A stretch of DNA of 64,000 nt from Terriglobia bacterium. Its GTDB lineage: Bacteria; Acidobacteriota; Terriglobia; Terriglobales; Acidobacteriaceae. Below the pieces are notes generated by a model. It did no database searches, had not been told where the DNA came from, and worked only from the letters and a program-made list of their open reading frames with translations. Of the stretch, positions 18,261-27,339 are shown piece by piece; positions within the stretch are counted from its first letter, which is position 1, and every line of letters begins with the position of its first letter. A program made the position numbers and the translations under genes. The stretch covers positions 14,537-78,536 of the forward strand of contig CAVSER010000006.1 of assembly GCA_963727085.1 (NCBI GenBank), in the 5' to 3' direction.

Positions 18261-19652
18261 GTGGAAAAAATTTCTTATATGTCAGCTCCAAGCACAACAC
18301 TCTCCCCAAATCCGTGGGCGCGGATTCTCGATGCGCTGGAAAAGAAAATCAATCGGCACTCGTACGACACGTGGCTGAAGCCGACGCGATACAGCCATTC
18401 GAGCGGCGGCGTTCTGTTTGTGCGCGTACCGACTGTTGAGTTTCGCCACGCCGGCGACAAGTATGCGGACCTGATCCAGGAAGCAGTCGACGTACTGGGC
18501 CTCGGGTTCAACGAAGTGAAGTTCGTGACGCCAGAAGATGATCCGGCAGCGACTCCGATGCGGCATGATGGAGGACTCTCGGCGGCATCGTCGAGCGGCA
18601 GCCCTTCGCAGGCGCGGTTTGACTGGGATGGCGCGGCGCAGTTGAATCCGCGCTACACGTTTGACGCGTTCGTCATCGGCAGCGGGAACCAGTTCGCGCA
18701 TGCGGCGTGCCAGGCGGTGGCGGAGCGTCCATCGAAGGCATACAACCCGCTGTTCCTCTATGGCGGCGTCGGGATGGGCAAGACGCACCTGATGCAGGCG
18801 ATCGGGCACGAGATCAAGCGGCGGATGCCGCAGGCATCCATCTGCTACGTATCGAGCGAGAAGTTCACCAACGACATGATCAACTCGCTGCGCTACGACA
18901 AGATGACGTCGTTCCGGGACAGGTTCCGAGGCGTCGATGTGCTGCTGATCGACGACATCCAGTTCCTGGCGCAGAAGGAGCGGACGCAGGAAGAGTTCTT
19001 TCATACGTTCAACGCGCTGCACGAGTCGATGAAGCAGATCGTGATCGCCAGCGATCGTTCGCCAAAGGAGTTGGCGGAGATCGAGGACCGGCTGCGCAGC
19101 CGGTTTGAATGGGGATTGATTGCAGACATCCAGCCACCGGATCTTGAAACCAAGGTCGCGATCCTGCAGAAGAAGGCGGAGCAGGAGAAGGTTACGCTGC
19201 CGACGGACGTGGCGCTTTATGTGGCGTCGAATATCCGCTCGAACGTGCGCGAGCTCGAAGGCGCATTGATCCGGCTGGTGGCGCACTCTTCCCTCATCGG
19301 CGCCGAGATCACTCTTCCGTATGCGCAGCAGGTTTTGAAGAACTTTATCGACTCGCAAGCACGCAAGGTCACGATCGAATCCATTCAGAAGATGGTGGCC
19401 GAGCAGTTCGGACTCCGGTTGGTCGAGATCAAGGCGAAGAACAATTCGCGGGCGATTGTGTATCCCAGACAGATCGCGATGTATCTCGCCAAGCAGTTGA
19501 CCGAAGCATCGCTGCCGGAAATCGGACGGCAGTTCGGCGGCAAGCATCACACGACGGTTCTGCATTCAGTCGAGAAGATTGAAGAGGTCCGCAAGAACGA
19601 CAAAGATTTGAACAGGCTCATCAATAAACTGACTGAGCAATTAGGCGGGTAA
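18261..19652 (+). CDS. dnaA: Chromosomal replication initiator protein DnaA
   Basis: Walker A LFLYGGVGMGKTHL, LLIDDIQFL, sensor motifs, and C-terminal DNA-binding helix-turn-helix ...RQIAMYLAKQLT..SLPEIGRQFGGKHHTTVLHS. The start is either GTG 18261 or ATG 18279. Confidence 0.97.
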   Translation: MEKISYMSAPSTTLSPNPWARILDALEKKINRHSYDTWLKPTRYSHSSGGVLFVRVPTVEFRHAGDKYADLIQEAVDVLGLGFNEVKFVTPEDDPAATPMRHDGGLSAASSSGSPSQARFDWDGAAQLNPRYTFDAFVIGSGNQFAHAACQAVAERPSKAYNPLFLYGGVGMGKTHLMQAIGHEIKRRMPQASICYVSSEKFTNDMINSLRYDKMTSFRDRFRGVDVLLIDDIQFLAQKERTQEEFFHTFNALHESMKQIVIASDRSPKELAEIEDRLRSRFEWGLIADIQPPDLETKVAILQKKAEQEKVTLPTDVALYVASNIRSNVRELEGALIRLVAHSSLIGAEITLPYAQQVLKNFIDSQARKVTIESIQKMVAEQFGLRLVEIKAKNNSRAIVYPRQIAMYLAKQLTEASLPEIGRQFGGKHHTTVLHSVEKIEEVRKNDKDLNRLINKLTEQLGG

Positions 19653-19991
19653 GACGCGGGTTGCGTGACGATTTCCACTTTGCCATACAGTCTTCCTCGT
19701 AGATGGCTGTGAAAGAGATGTGGAAGTTGTGGAAGGCGCGGTAGAAATCGGAATACGGGGCGAATTACGCTAGGGGCTCCGAAGAGTTTGGGACCGATTT
19801 CTAACATGAGCGGTGAGCTGGGAAGTTGGCGAGAACAAAGCAAGTTGAAAGAGTTTTCCACTTCTCCGCAGGGCCTACTGTTACTGCTGGTTTTATAGGT
19901 TTTGCATTTGATATAAGGTAGTACTAGAAGTAGCCCACGTCCCGCAAAAACCGCGAGACATGGGGCACCCAGTTTCGGGGAGACGGACTTT
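19653..19991. promoter_or_regulatory. Candidate oriC: DnaA-box-like cluster plus AT-rich tract in the dnaA-dnaN spacer
   Basis: Matches to TTWTNCACA: atttccact 19671..19679, tgtggaagt 19719..19727 and tgtggaagg 19728..19736 (adjacent, reverse orientation), ttttccact 19854..19862. AT-rich tract ggttttataggttttgcatttgatataaggtagtactagaagta at about 19889..19932. Confidence 0.45.
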
Positions 19992-21140
19992 ATGCCGGTG
20001 GAAGCCGCCGTAGCCGCGGGAACGATGGAGATCACGGTAAGCAAATTCGAATTGCTTCGTGAACTGACCGCCACGCAAGGTGTGGTTGAGCGCAAGACCA
20101 CCATTCCAATCCTTTCAAATTATTTATTCGAGGCGGCAGGAGACCGTTTGTCGATTACGGCGACGGATCTCGACCTGAGCCTGCGCACGTCGTGTAATGC
20201 CAAGGTCAAGAAGGAAGGGTCGTGCACGATCCCGGCGCGCAAACTGCACGATTATGTGAAACTGCTGCCCGACGCCGACATCACAATCAAGCTGCTGGAG
20301 AATCACTGGGTCAGCATCCGTTGCGGACGCTCGAATACGAAGATGGTCGGGATGGCGAAGTCGAACTTCCCGAGCCTGCCGGCGTTTCCGACAGCGGGAG
20401 CAATCACCATCCCGGCGCAGGTTTTGCGGGGGCTCATTGCGCGGACAGGATTTGCAATTTCGAGCGAGGAATCGCGGTATACGCTGAATGGCGCGCTGAT
20501 GCTGCTGAAGCCCGAGTCAATCACGATGGTGGCGACGGATGGGCATCGCTTGGCCCACTGTGAACGAAGCGGTGGAAAATTTGACGGCGTTTCGGGTGAG
20601 ATGAAAACGCTGGTCCCGAAAAAAGCGATGGACGAATTGAAGTCGCTGCTGGACTCGACGGACTCCGACACGATTGAATTTGCGAAAGACGAGTCGACCC
20701 TGTTCTTCCGGATCGGATCGCGGCTGCTGACCTCACGGCAGCTTACCGGACAGTTTCCGAATTACGAAGCCGTGCTGCCCAAGGACAATAGCAAGATCGT
20801 CCCACTGAATGCGGATGAGCTGAACTCGGCGATTCTGCGTGTGGCGCAATTTGCGGATGAGCGCTCGCGAGCGGTGCGTATGCGGCTGGAAAAGGGCGAG
20901 GTAAAGATTTCGGCTTCGTCGACAGAGGCGGGTGAGTCGGAAGATTCGCTCGAGGCCGTATACAACGGCGAGCCGATGACGATCGGGTTTAATGCTGCGT
21001 ACCTGGTCGAGTTCCTCAAGGCGGCCGGGACCTCTGAAGTCCGGTTGGAATTGAAGGACCCGCAGTCTGCCGGGCAGCTACGTCCGGCTGAGGGGGATGA
21101 TTACAAGTATCGGTATATCGTGATGCCGATGCGGATCTGA
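19992..21140 (+). CDS. dnaN: DNA polymerase III beta sliding clamp
   Basis: Typical three-domain clamp sequence (..ILSNYLFEAAGDRLSITATDLDLSL...; C-terminal YRYIVMPMRI). RBS ggggaga before ATG 19992. An alternative ATG at 20025 gives MEITVSKFELL. Confidence 0.95.
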   Translation: MPVEAAVAAGTMEITVSKFELLRELTATQGVVERKTTIPILSNYLFEAAGDRLSITATDLDLSLRTSCNAKVKKEGSCTIPARKLHDYVKLLPDADITIKLLENHWVSIRCGRSNTKMVGMAKSNFPSLPAFPTAGAITIPAQVLRGLIARTGFAISSEESRYTLNGALMLLKPESITMVATDGHRLAHCERSGGKFDGVSGEMKTLVPKKAMDELKSLLDSTDSDTIEFAKDESTLFFRIGSRLLTSRQLTGQFPNYEAVLPKDNSKIVPLNADELNSAILRVAQFADERSRAVRMRLEKGEVKISASSTEAGESEDSLEAVYNGEPMTIGFNAAYLVEFLKAAGTSEVRLELKDPQSAGQLRPAEGDDYKYRYIVMPMRI

Positions 21141-21230
21141 GAAGGCGCGCGGACTGGTATGCATCGCGATGTCCGCGGTGTGCTAGATATCTGCTACTGT
21201 ATTGCCGCTTTACAGACTTCGTACGGTCCC

Positions 21231-21262
21231 CTCGGAGGGCTATCGCCCTCCTCAGAATGACA
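21231..21262 (+). repeat. REP-like element, family A (short variant)
   Basis: ctcGGAGGGCtatcGCCCTCCTCAGAATGACA. Confidence 0.6.
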
Positions 21263-21441
21263 TCAGACATCGTATTTTGTTTCCTTTCTAAATCTTCTTT
21301 CGCCCATGCGAGCTTATCCCCAGGGATAGATTAGTTTCCAGCGGCCTGCGCCGTGGGCGCGCGCCGATTGCGGGATGCGGCTTGACCTGCCGCCGCCGCT
21401 GACTTACATTTGGCCGACTTCAATTTCGGAGGGGCTACGTG

Positions 21442-21870
21442 ATGCTCGACGGATTCAAGAAATTCATCCTGCGTGGAAATGTTGTGGATATGGCTGTCGG
21501 TATTGTGATCGGCGCTTCGTTCGGAGGCGTCGTCACTTCGCTGGTAAAGTCATTCATTGAGCCGCTGATTGCGCTCACCGTTGGAAAGCCTGACTTTAGC
21601 GCGGTCGGCACCACGATCACCGGAGCGCATGGCCCAGTCCTCGTTCCATGGGGCGCGTTCCTGACGGGAGTGATCAACTTCCTGCTGATTGCGGCGGCAA
21701 TCTACTTCTTCGTCGTTGTCCCAGTGAACGCGCTGGTCGCTCGCATGCGGAAGGATCCGGCGCCGGCTGATCCGACAACAAAGAAGTGTACGGAATGCCT
21801 GAGCGAAATCCCCATCGACGCTCGGCGTTGCGCATTCTGCTCGCAGCCGCAGATGGGGCGGGCGGCTTAG
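21442..21870 (+). CDS. mscL: Large-conductance mechanosensitive channel MscL with C-terminal CxxC...CxxC extension
   Basis: MLDGFKKFILRGNVVDMAVGIVIGASFGGVVTSLVKSFIEPLI is a canonical MscL N-terminus. The C-terminus carries KKCTECLSEIPIDARRCAFCSQPQ. Confidence 0.9.
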   Translation: MLDGFKKFILRGNVVDMAVGIVIGASFGGVVTSLVKSFIEPLIALTVGKPDFSAVGTTITGAHGPVLVPWGAFLTGVINFLLIAAAIYFFVVVPVNALVARMRKDPAPADPTTKKCTECLSEIPIDARRCAFCSQPQMGRAA

Positions 21871-21890
21871 CCTGCGGACGCGGTTTTCTT

Positions 21891-21954
21891 CCAGCGAAAT
21901 GCATAGATCCTGAGAGCCGCAAAGGGCGCGGCTCTCAGGATGACAAGATGGATA
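21891..21954 (+). repeat. REP-like palindromic element, family A (full-length copy)
   Basis: ccagcgaaATGCATAGATCCTGAGAGCCGC-aaagggc-GCGGCTCTCAGGATGACAAGATGGAT. 12-bp or longer perfect stem, between the convergent mscL and exbD-like genes. Confidence 0.8.
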
Positions 21955-21957
21955 CTT

Positions 21958-22215
21958 CTAATCTCTGGCTAATTGTTGATTAGTGGTGAGTAGTCCGAGC
22001 CGTTGCACTCCTGCGTGATGCGCCACGTCGATGACCGTGGCGACCGACTGGAAATCAACGTCGGCGTCCGCACGCACGAAGGCCACTTTTTCGACGCGCT
22101 TCAAGTAGATCTGGGCAAGGCGCTCGTCCAGGTTCCACCAATCTAGCACGTCGATGAGCGGCGTGACGTTGATTTGTGGTCCGGACGGACCTCCGCCTGC
22201 CATTGAGAAAGCCAT
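21958..22215 (-). pseudogene. ExbD/TolR-family remnant lacking the transmembrane helix
   Basis: 85 aa. The N-terminus GPQINVTPLIDVL matches the ExbD signature, then jumps directly to the C-terminal periplasmic part (EKVAFVRADADVDFQSVATVIDVAHHAGVQRLGLLT). The usual hydrophobic LVLLIIF segment is absent and there is no exbB or tonB neighbour. Confidence 0.5.
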
Positions 22216-22410
22216 GAATGTTGCTCCTCTCGGGCACGCGTGTCTGGTGGATCAGACACCTGGGGCGGGGCGCGGGTTCCCGGAGCCCCGCGGCTGCCTG
22301 CTTTAGGGTCTTCTGCTCGTGGATAGCAGACGTTGCAAGCAACATCTCTACGCGTTGTCTTATGATGGATGAACGCCGCGCTGTGGCGCGGCTTCGGCGT
22401 CTTCGACTTC

Positions 22411-23232
22411 ATGAACCAATCATCGCGAACCGTCACGCTGGTGGTGTCTATTGTTATTGCGTGCGCTGCTTTCGGCTGCGCTCAGGAAAACTACGAGATT
22501 CAGGTTTACGGATCGGAAACGGTGGCGCCGCGCTCGACCATGGTTGAAATTCATTCGAATTTCACCGTCGAAGGAAGCACGACGGTGATCGACGGCATGC
22601 TGCCGACGAATCATGCGATGCACGAGACACTCGAGATTACGCAGGGTATTAACGATTGGGCGGAGGTCGGGTTCTACGTTTTTACGAGCATTCAGCCGGA
22701 TGGCGGATGGCAGTGGGTCGGAGATCATATCCGTCCGCGAGTGCGCGTGCCGGAGCGGTGGCACTGGCCGGTGGGAGTGAGTTTGTCGACAGAGTTTGGA
22801 TATCAGAGAGCCGCGTTTTCTCCGGACACCTGGACTTGGGAAATCCGTCCGATTGTGGATCGACAGATTGGAAGATGGTATCTGGCGTTCAATCCCGCGC
22901 TGGACCGGTCGTTTCACGGGCCGGGTGTGAATCAGGGTGTTACATTCTCTCCGGCGGCGAAGTTCAGCTATGACATCACCAAGAAAATCGCCGGGGGCCT
23001 GGAGTATTACGGGTCGACGGGGCCGGTCACGGGATTCGATCCGTTGCGAGATCAGCAGCAGCAGTTTATTCCATCGATCGATCTTAATCTCGCGCCGGAA
23101 TGGGAGATCAATTTCGGCGTGGGCATTGGCGCGACGAGGTCGACCGATCGCCTGATTGTGAAGGGGATCGTCGGCCGGAGGTTTTCCTGGCCGCATGGGA
23201 AAGGCGCGCGGCTGAAGAGCAGCGCGCCGTAA
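22411..23232 (+). CDS. Putative outer-membrane beta-barrel / secreted protein, hypothetical
   Basis: ATG 22411 gives the signal peptide MNQSSRTVTLVVSIVIACAAFGCAQE. Alternating aromatic/polar beta-strand pattern. No confident family call. Confidence 0.5.
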   Translation: MNQSSRTVTLVVSIVIACAAFGCAQENYEIQVYGSETVAPRSTMVEIHSNFTVEGSTTVIDGMLPTNHAMHETLEITQGINDWAEVGFYVFTSIQPDGGWQWVGDHIRPRVRVPERWHWPVGVSLSTEFGYQRAAFSPDTWTWEIRPIVDRQIGRWYLAFNPALDRSFHGPGVNQGVTFSPAAKFSYDITKKIAGGLEYYGSTGPVTGFDPLRDQQQQFIPSIDLNLAPEWEINFGVGIGATRSTDRLIVKGIVGRRFSWPHGKGARLKSSAP

Positions 23233-23278
23233 CATCAGAGGCGTTCAACACAGAGGGCACACAGAAGTCCCCTGGCGT

Positions 23279-24373
23279 TTATCCGGCCGGCTGCGGAGGG
23301 GGCGTCCATGCAGGCGGCTCCGGAGGAGGCAACGATCCCGGGGGCGGCGGATAGAGCGCCAGGCTCAACGGGCGGTAGCGCGGGGCGAAGAAATAGATGG
23401 AGTACGCCGGGAAGAAAACGATCACCGGGACTGAAATCAGCGCGATGATGTAGAAGAAGATAAAGAACGCCACACATCCGGCGACGATCGCGGCGGTGAT
23501 GGTGAAGACATTCCAGGTGATCCCGGCGGTTTTGCCCGCGAAGACTCCCGCAAGGATCACTGCGATAACTGGTACGGCGAAGATCAGAGCCAGAATGAGG
23601 GTGACGATCGCGACCACAATGCCCGCGCCGATCGCCATCACGATTTTCATTCCGATGTATACGGCGTAACCGCCCTTTTCGCCCTGCAACATGGGCCAGA
23701 GCCGGCGCCAGCCTTCGATCGGACCGATTCCTTCCAATGCCATCTGCGGGACCACGAAATCTTTCGTGAGGACCTGTACGATCGCTGCCGCGATAACGAA
23801 AATCATCAGCACGAAGAAGACGAAGACTCCGGTGATGATCAGCGGGGCCAGGTGCTCGCGGGGATGATTGAACCATCCGCGGGCGAACGCGAACAAGGCG
23901 GGAATTCCAACCAGGATCGCCAGGCAGGCGATGGAGACAAACATAAATCCCAAATGCCAGAGGAAGTATTTCCAGCCGGGGCTTTGGCGGTGCGACCATC
24001 CGTTGCGAATGTGGCATTCCTTGGCGAGAATGCTGTCGAACAGGATGAAGCGCATGACGCTGCTGATGTACATGAAGGCGACAATGAACACAAGCGCGGT
24101 AACGGCAAGAACTGCGACGAGTCCGCCGACTATTGCAGGGTCGATGTGCGGGAAGCTCTGCGCCAACAAGTGGCGGGAGCCACCACCGTCGCCCTGTTGC
24201 GGGATATTGAATCCAGAAGGCAGCCGGACGTTTCCGCCGCCAGAGCCCATCTCGCCGGCGAGCAGGCCGACGATGGCGAGGCGCGTCCATTGCCAGAAGC
24301 GGAAGGGCTGGAAGAGTTGCCGCTTGGTGTGCTGGAAGGCGAGAGTGATTGTATCTACCGCGGAGATCGGCAC
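23279..24373 (-). CDS. Polytopic integral membrane protein, hypothetical
   Basis: 364 aa with 6 or more hydrophobic helices and a Pro-rich C-terminus (PPPPGSLPPPEPPAWTPPPQ). The overlapping 381-aa ORF in another frame is Arg-rich junk. Confidence 0.6.
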   Translation of the reverse strand: MPISAVDTITLAFQHTKRQLFQPFRFWQWTRLAIVGLLAGEMGSGGGNVRLPSGFNIPQQGDGGGSRHLLAQSFPHIDPAIVGGLVAVLAVTALVFIVAFMYISSVMRFILFDSILAKECHIRNGWSHRQSPGWKYFLWHLGFMFVSIACLAILVGIPALFAFARGWFNHPREHLAPLIITGVFVFFVLMIFVIAAAIVQVLTKDFVVPQMALEGIGPIEGWRRLWPMLQGEKGGYAVYIGMKIVMAIGAGIVVAIVTLILALIFAVPVIAVILAGVFAGKTAGITWNVFTITAAIVAGCVAFFIFFYIIALISVPVIVFFPAYSIYFFAPRYRPLSLALYPPPPGSLPPPEPPAWTPPPQPAG

Positions 24374-24472
24374 GGTGCACCTCGGGAATGCGTCAGGAGA
24401 AAGGTACTGCGAAGCGGGATGCGGAGCAATTCACTTTGTGTGTTCAAAATGCGAGCGGAATTGAACGGTCGG

Positions 24473-24533
24473 TGGGGCTAAAGCCCATCCTTTTTTGGCG
24501 TTGTAACGCGGCCCTGAAGGGCCGCTCTTCAAC
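24473..24533 (+). repeat. REP-like element, family B
   Basis: tggggctaaagccca (24473..24487) plus gcggccctgaagggccgctcttcaac (24508..24533). Confidence 0.75.
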
Positions 24534-24543
24534 GATTCCGACC

Positions 24544-25800
24544 CTATTCGTAGCGGAGGGCTTCTACTGGATTCAGTTTTGAGGCGCGCAGGGCTGGAAC
24601 GAGGCCGCTGGCGACTCCTACGAGCAGCAGGACTGCGCTCGAGAGCAGTACGGTCATCATGGAGATGCGGAGGTGGATGTCACCTTGGCCGGAATCATCT
24701 TCGAATAGCGGACCCATCATGGGGAGAGTGCCGACCGCCCAGGCGATGAAGTAGGAGAGAACGACTCCAATGGCTCCGCCGAGCATCATGATGAGCAGAG
24801 TCTCCGCCAGGAACTGAAGCTTGATGTGGCGCTTGCGGGCTCCGAGCGCACGGCGGAGACCAATTTCGCGGATGCGCTCGTCGACCGAGACCAGCATGAT
24901 GTTCATCACGCCGACGCCACCGATGCCGAGGGTGAGAGTGCCGATAAAGGTCAAGAGAACCTGCAAGCCGATTGTCAGCGCGTCGATCACGGGACGGAAT
25001 TCGTCGCGGCCGAACATCTGGAATGCTTTGGGATCGGTGGGGGAAAAATTCTGGCGCGTTGCTACGGCGGCGAGCACTTGCTTCATGGCCTTCTTTTCGA
25101 ACTGCGGGGCGATGGGCTCGAAGAGCATGACGGCTGCGTAGCGCGTGTTCCAGAGATCTCCGGCGGCGGAGTAAGGAATCCAGGAGGAGTCGTCGTCGCT
25201 GGAGAAGTAGTTGCTGAGCTGGATCTTGCGGGCCATGACACCGATGACTTCGAATCGGACTCCGGAGACCTGCACCGTTTCTCCAACGGCGGGGCGGCCA
25301 CTGAATAGCTTCTCTTTCAATTTTCCGCCGAGGAAGATGACGCGGCGCCGTTCGAGTTCATCTTCGGCATTGATCCAGCGGCCTTCGGAGGGGACTTCGT
25401 TACGCATCTCGCCGTACTCGGGACAGACTCCGCGAACGGGGGCGGTGCCGACCATGCGATCTCCGTAGGCGATGCCGGGGCGTCGAACCGTTTCAAGGCA
25501 GACATGTTTCACGAGCGGCGCGGTGGCTTTGACCATGTCGAGGTCGGCTTGCTCCAGGAGAACTTTCTTTCCGGCGCGCTGTCCGCCGGGTTGCTCGCTG
25601 GTTTGCTGGGGCCAGCAGATGACTACGCTTTTGCCGAAGGCGTCGAAGCCGTGGACGAGAACAGAGCGAAAGCTGTTGCCGTAAGCGATCAGCAGCGTGA
25701 CCGTGGCAATGCCCCAGACGATGCCGAGCATGGTGAGGAACGAGCGCGTAAGATTGCGCTTGAGAGCGACCCAGGCTTCGAGAATGATTTCGAATACCAT
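24544..25800 (-). CDS. ABC transporter permease, FtsX/MacB type
   Basis: N-terminal TM (RSFLTMLGIVWGIATV), large periplasmic domain and C-terminal FtsX 3-TM bundle with ...VDERIREIGLRRALGARKRHI... Ends NPVEALRYE. Confidence 0.85.
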   Translation of the reverse strand: MVFEIILEAWVALKRNLTRSFLTMLGIVWGIATVTLLIAYGNSFRSVLVHGFDAFGKSVVICWPQQTSEQPGGQRAGKKVLLEQADLDMVKATAPLVKHVCLETVRRPGIAYGDRMVGTAPVRGVCPEYGEMRNEVPSEGRWINAEDELERRRVIFLGGKLKEKLFSGRPAVGETVQVSGVRFEVIGVMARKIQLSNYFSSDDDSSWIPYSAAGDLWNTRYAAVMLFEPIAPQFEKKAMKQVLAAVATRQNFSPTDPKAFQMFGRDEFRPVIDALTIGLQVLLTFIGTLTLGIGGVGVMNIMLVSVDERIREIGLRRALGARKRHIKLQFLAETLLIMMLGGAIGVVLSYFIAWAVGTLPMMGPLFEDDSGQGDIHLRISMMTVLLSSAVLLLVGVASGLVPALRASKLNPVEALRYE

Positions 25801-25883
25801 CTAAAATCTTTCACCACGAAGGACACGAAGTAACACAAAGGAAGATCAATCGCTTTACTCTGTGTGCTTTGGAATTCATCTTC

Positions 25884-27143
25884 TCATCCGCCTGCTTCAT
25901 AGCGCAGGGCTTCGATTGGATCGATAGAGGCTGCGCGGCGGGCGGGGTACAAGGCTGCGCCGATTGCGATCGCGCCGAGCAATCCCGCGGCGGTCAAGCC
26001 TGATGTCCAGCTCGGGATCAGGCCGGCGAAGAAGTCGGGCATCGGCAGCATGTTCACCAACGCGCAGAATCCGAATGCAAGGCTGAGGCCGACGGCCCCG
26101 CTGAGCAGCGCGATAATTAAGGCCTCAATAAAGAACTGGCGCAGGATCGTGCCCGCGGGTGCGCCAATCGCTTTGCGAACGCCGATCTCGCGGGTGCGTT
26201 CGCGGACTGCGACCAGCATTACATTCATGACTCCGATGCCGCCGAGGATCAGCGTCACGATGCCGACTGCGCCCAAAAAGAATTTCATCCCGTCGGTCAT
26301 TGTCTTGAAGGCTTGCGCTTCCTGAACGGTATCCCAGATCGGACACGCTTCTTTGTCGTTGGGATCGTAGCGATGCATGCGAGCCAACGCCGTGCGCACT
26401 TCGTGCTTGCAGGCTTCGTGCTGATCGACGGACTTCGGCGTGACTAAGAGTTGATCGAAGGTATGGTCGGTGCCCGGAGGCTTGTCGGGGAAATCGCGAC
26501 GCATGGCGGCGAACGGGAGGAAGACTTTGTTCACATCCCAGCCGTCGTAGCTCGAGTCCTGTTTTTTCTTTGCCATAACGCCGATGACGGTATAGGGGAA
26601 ATCGTTCAGGTAAACGTTTTCGCCGACCGGATTGCGCCCGGGAAACAGTTGCTTGGCTGCATCGGAGCCGAGGAAAGCGACGCGGCGAGCTTCGCGCATA
26701 TCGTCCCAGTCGTAGAAGCGTCCGACGCCCACGTCGAGACTGCGGATGTAGCCGAACTGCGGATAGGAGCCGGTGACGGTCAGGGCTGCGTTGTTGAAGT
26801 TGGAGTGGGTGCGGACATCGTTCTGCTCGAGTTCGGGGATGGCATATTCGCAATCCGGCGATTCGGCCTGGACGACGGGGACATCCTGGTCTTCCCAGTG
26901 GAGGGTGCGCCCGGCGTGCATGCCTCCGGCTTGCAGGCTGGTGCGGCCGTGGAACACGATCATCACGTCCTTGCCGAGATTGCGCGCCTGTTCTTCCTGA
27001 CCTTTGCGCAAGCCCTCTCCGGCGGCGACCATGAGGACAATTGAGACGATGCCCCACGCGATGCCGAACATGGTGAGGAAAGCCCGCAGCTTATGAGCCC
27101 AGAGGGTGCGAAGCACGTCGAAAACGAGGTCCTGCAGCGTCAT
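25884..27143 (-). CDS. ABC transporter permease, FtsX/MacB type
   Basis: Likely start ATG 27143 (MTLQDLVFDVLRTLWAHKLRAFLTMFGIAWGI). ...VRERTREIGVRKAIGAPAGTI... Ends DPIEALRYE. Paralogous to the preceding permease. Confidence 0.85.
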   Translation of the reverse strand: MTLQDLVFDVLRTLWAHKLRAFLTMFGIAWGIVSIVLMVAAGEGLRKGQEEQARNLGKDVMIVFHGRTSLQAGGMHAGRTLHWEDQDVPVVQAESPDCEYAIPELEQNDVRTHSNFNNAALTVTGSYPQFGYIRSLDVGVGRFYDWDDMREARRVAFLGSDAAKQLFPGRNPVGENVYLNDFPYTVIGVMAKKKQDSSYDGWDVNKVFLPFAAMRRDFPDKPPGTDHTFDQLLVTPKSVDQHEACKHEVRTALARMHRYDPNDKEACPIWDTVQEAQAFKTMTDGMKFFLGAVGIVTLILGGIGVMNVMLVAVRERTREIGVRKAIGAPAGTILRQFFIEALIIALLSGAVGLSLAFGFCALVNMLPMPDFFAGLIPSWTSGLTAAGLLGAIAIGAALYPARRAASIDPIEALRYEAGG

Positions 27144-27243
27144 ACAGATGGTTTGACGGGGGGCGGCGGAGAAAGTCATCCCCCCAGATTGCTCAGTGGA
27201 AGATACGGATTGAGAGCGAGATTTGTTGCAGGGAAATTTAGTA

Positions 27244-27305
27244 GAGGGCTAACCCCTATTGTTTCTGCTGCCCGCGACCGCGGCGCTGAAGGGCCGCTCT
27301 CCCAC
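27244..27305 (+). repeat. REP-like element, family B
   Basis: agagggctaacccct (27244..27258) plus gcggcgctgaagggccgctctcccac (27280..27305). Confidence 0.7.
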
Positions 27306-27339
27306 GGTGGTGCATGCAGCGGGAAGAAATGCGACTTCG

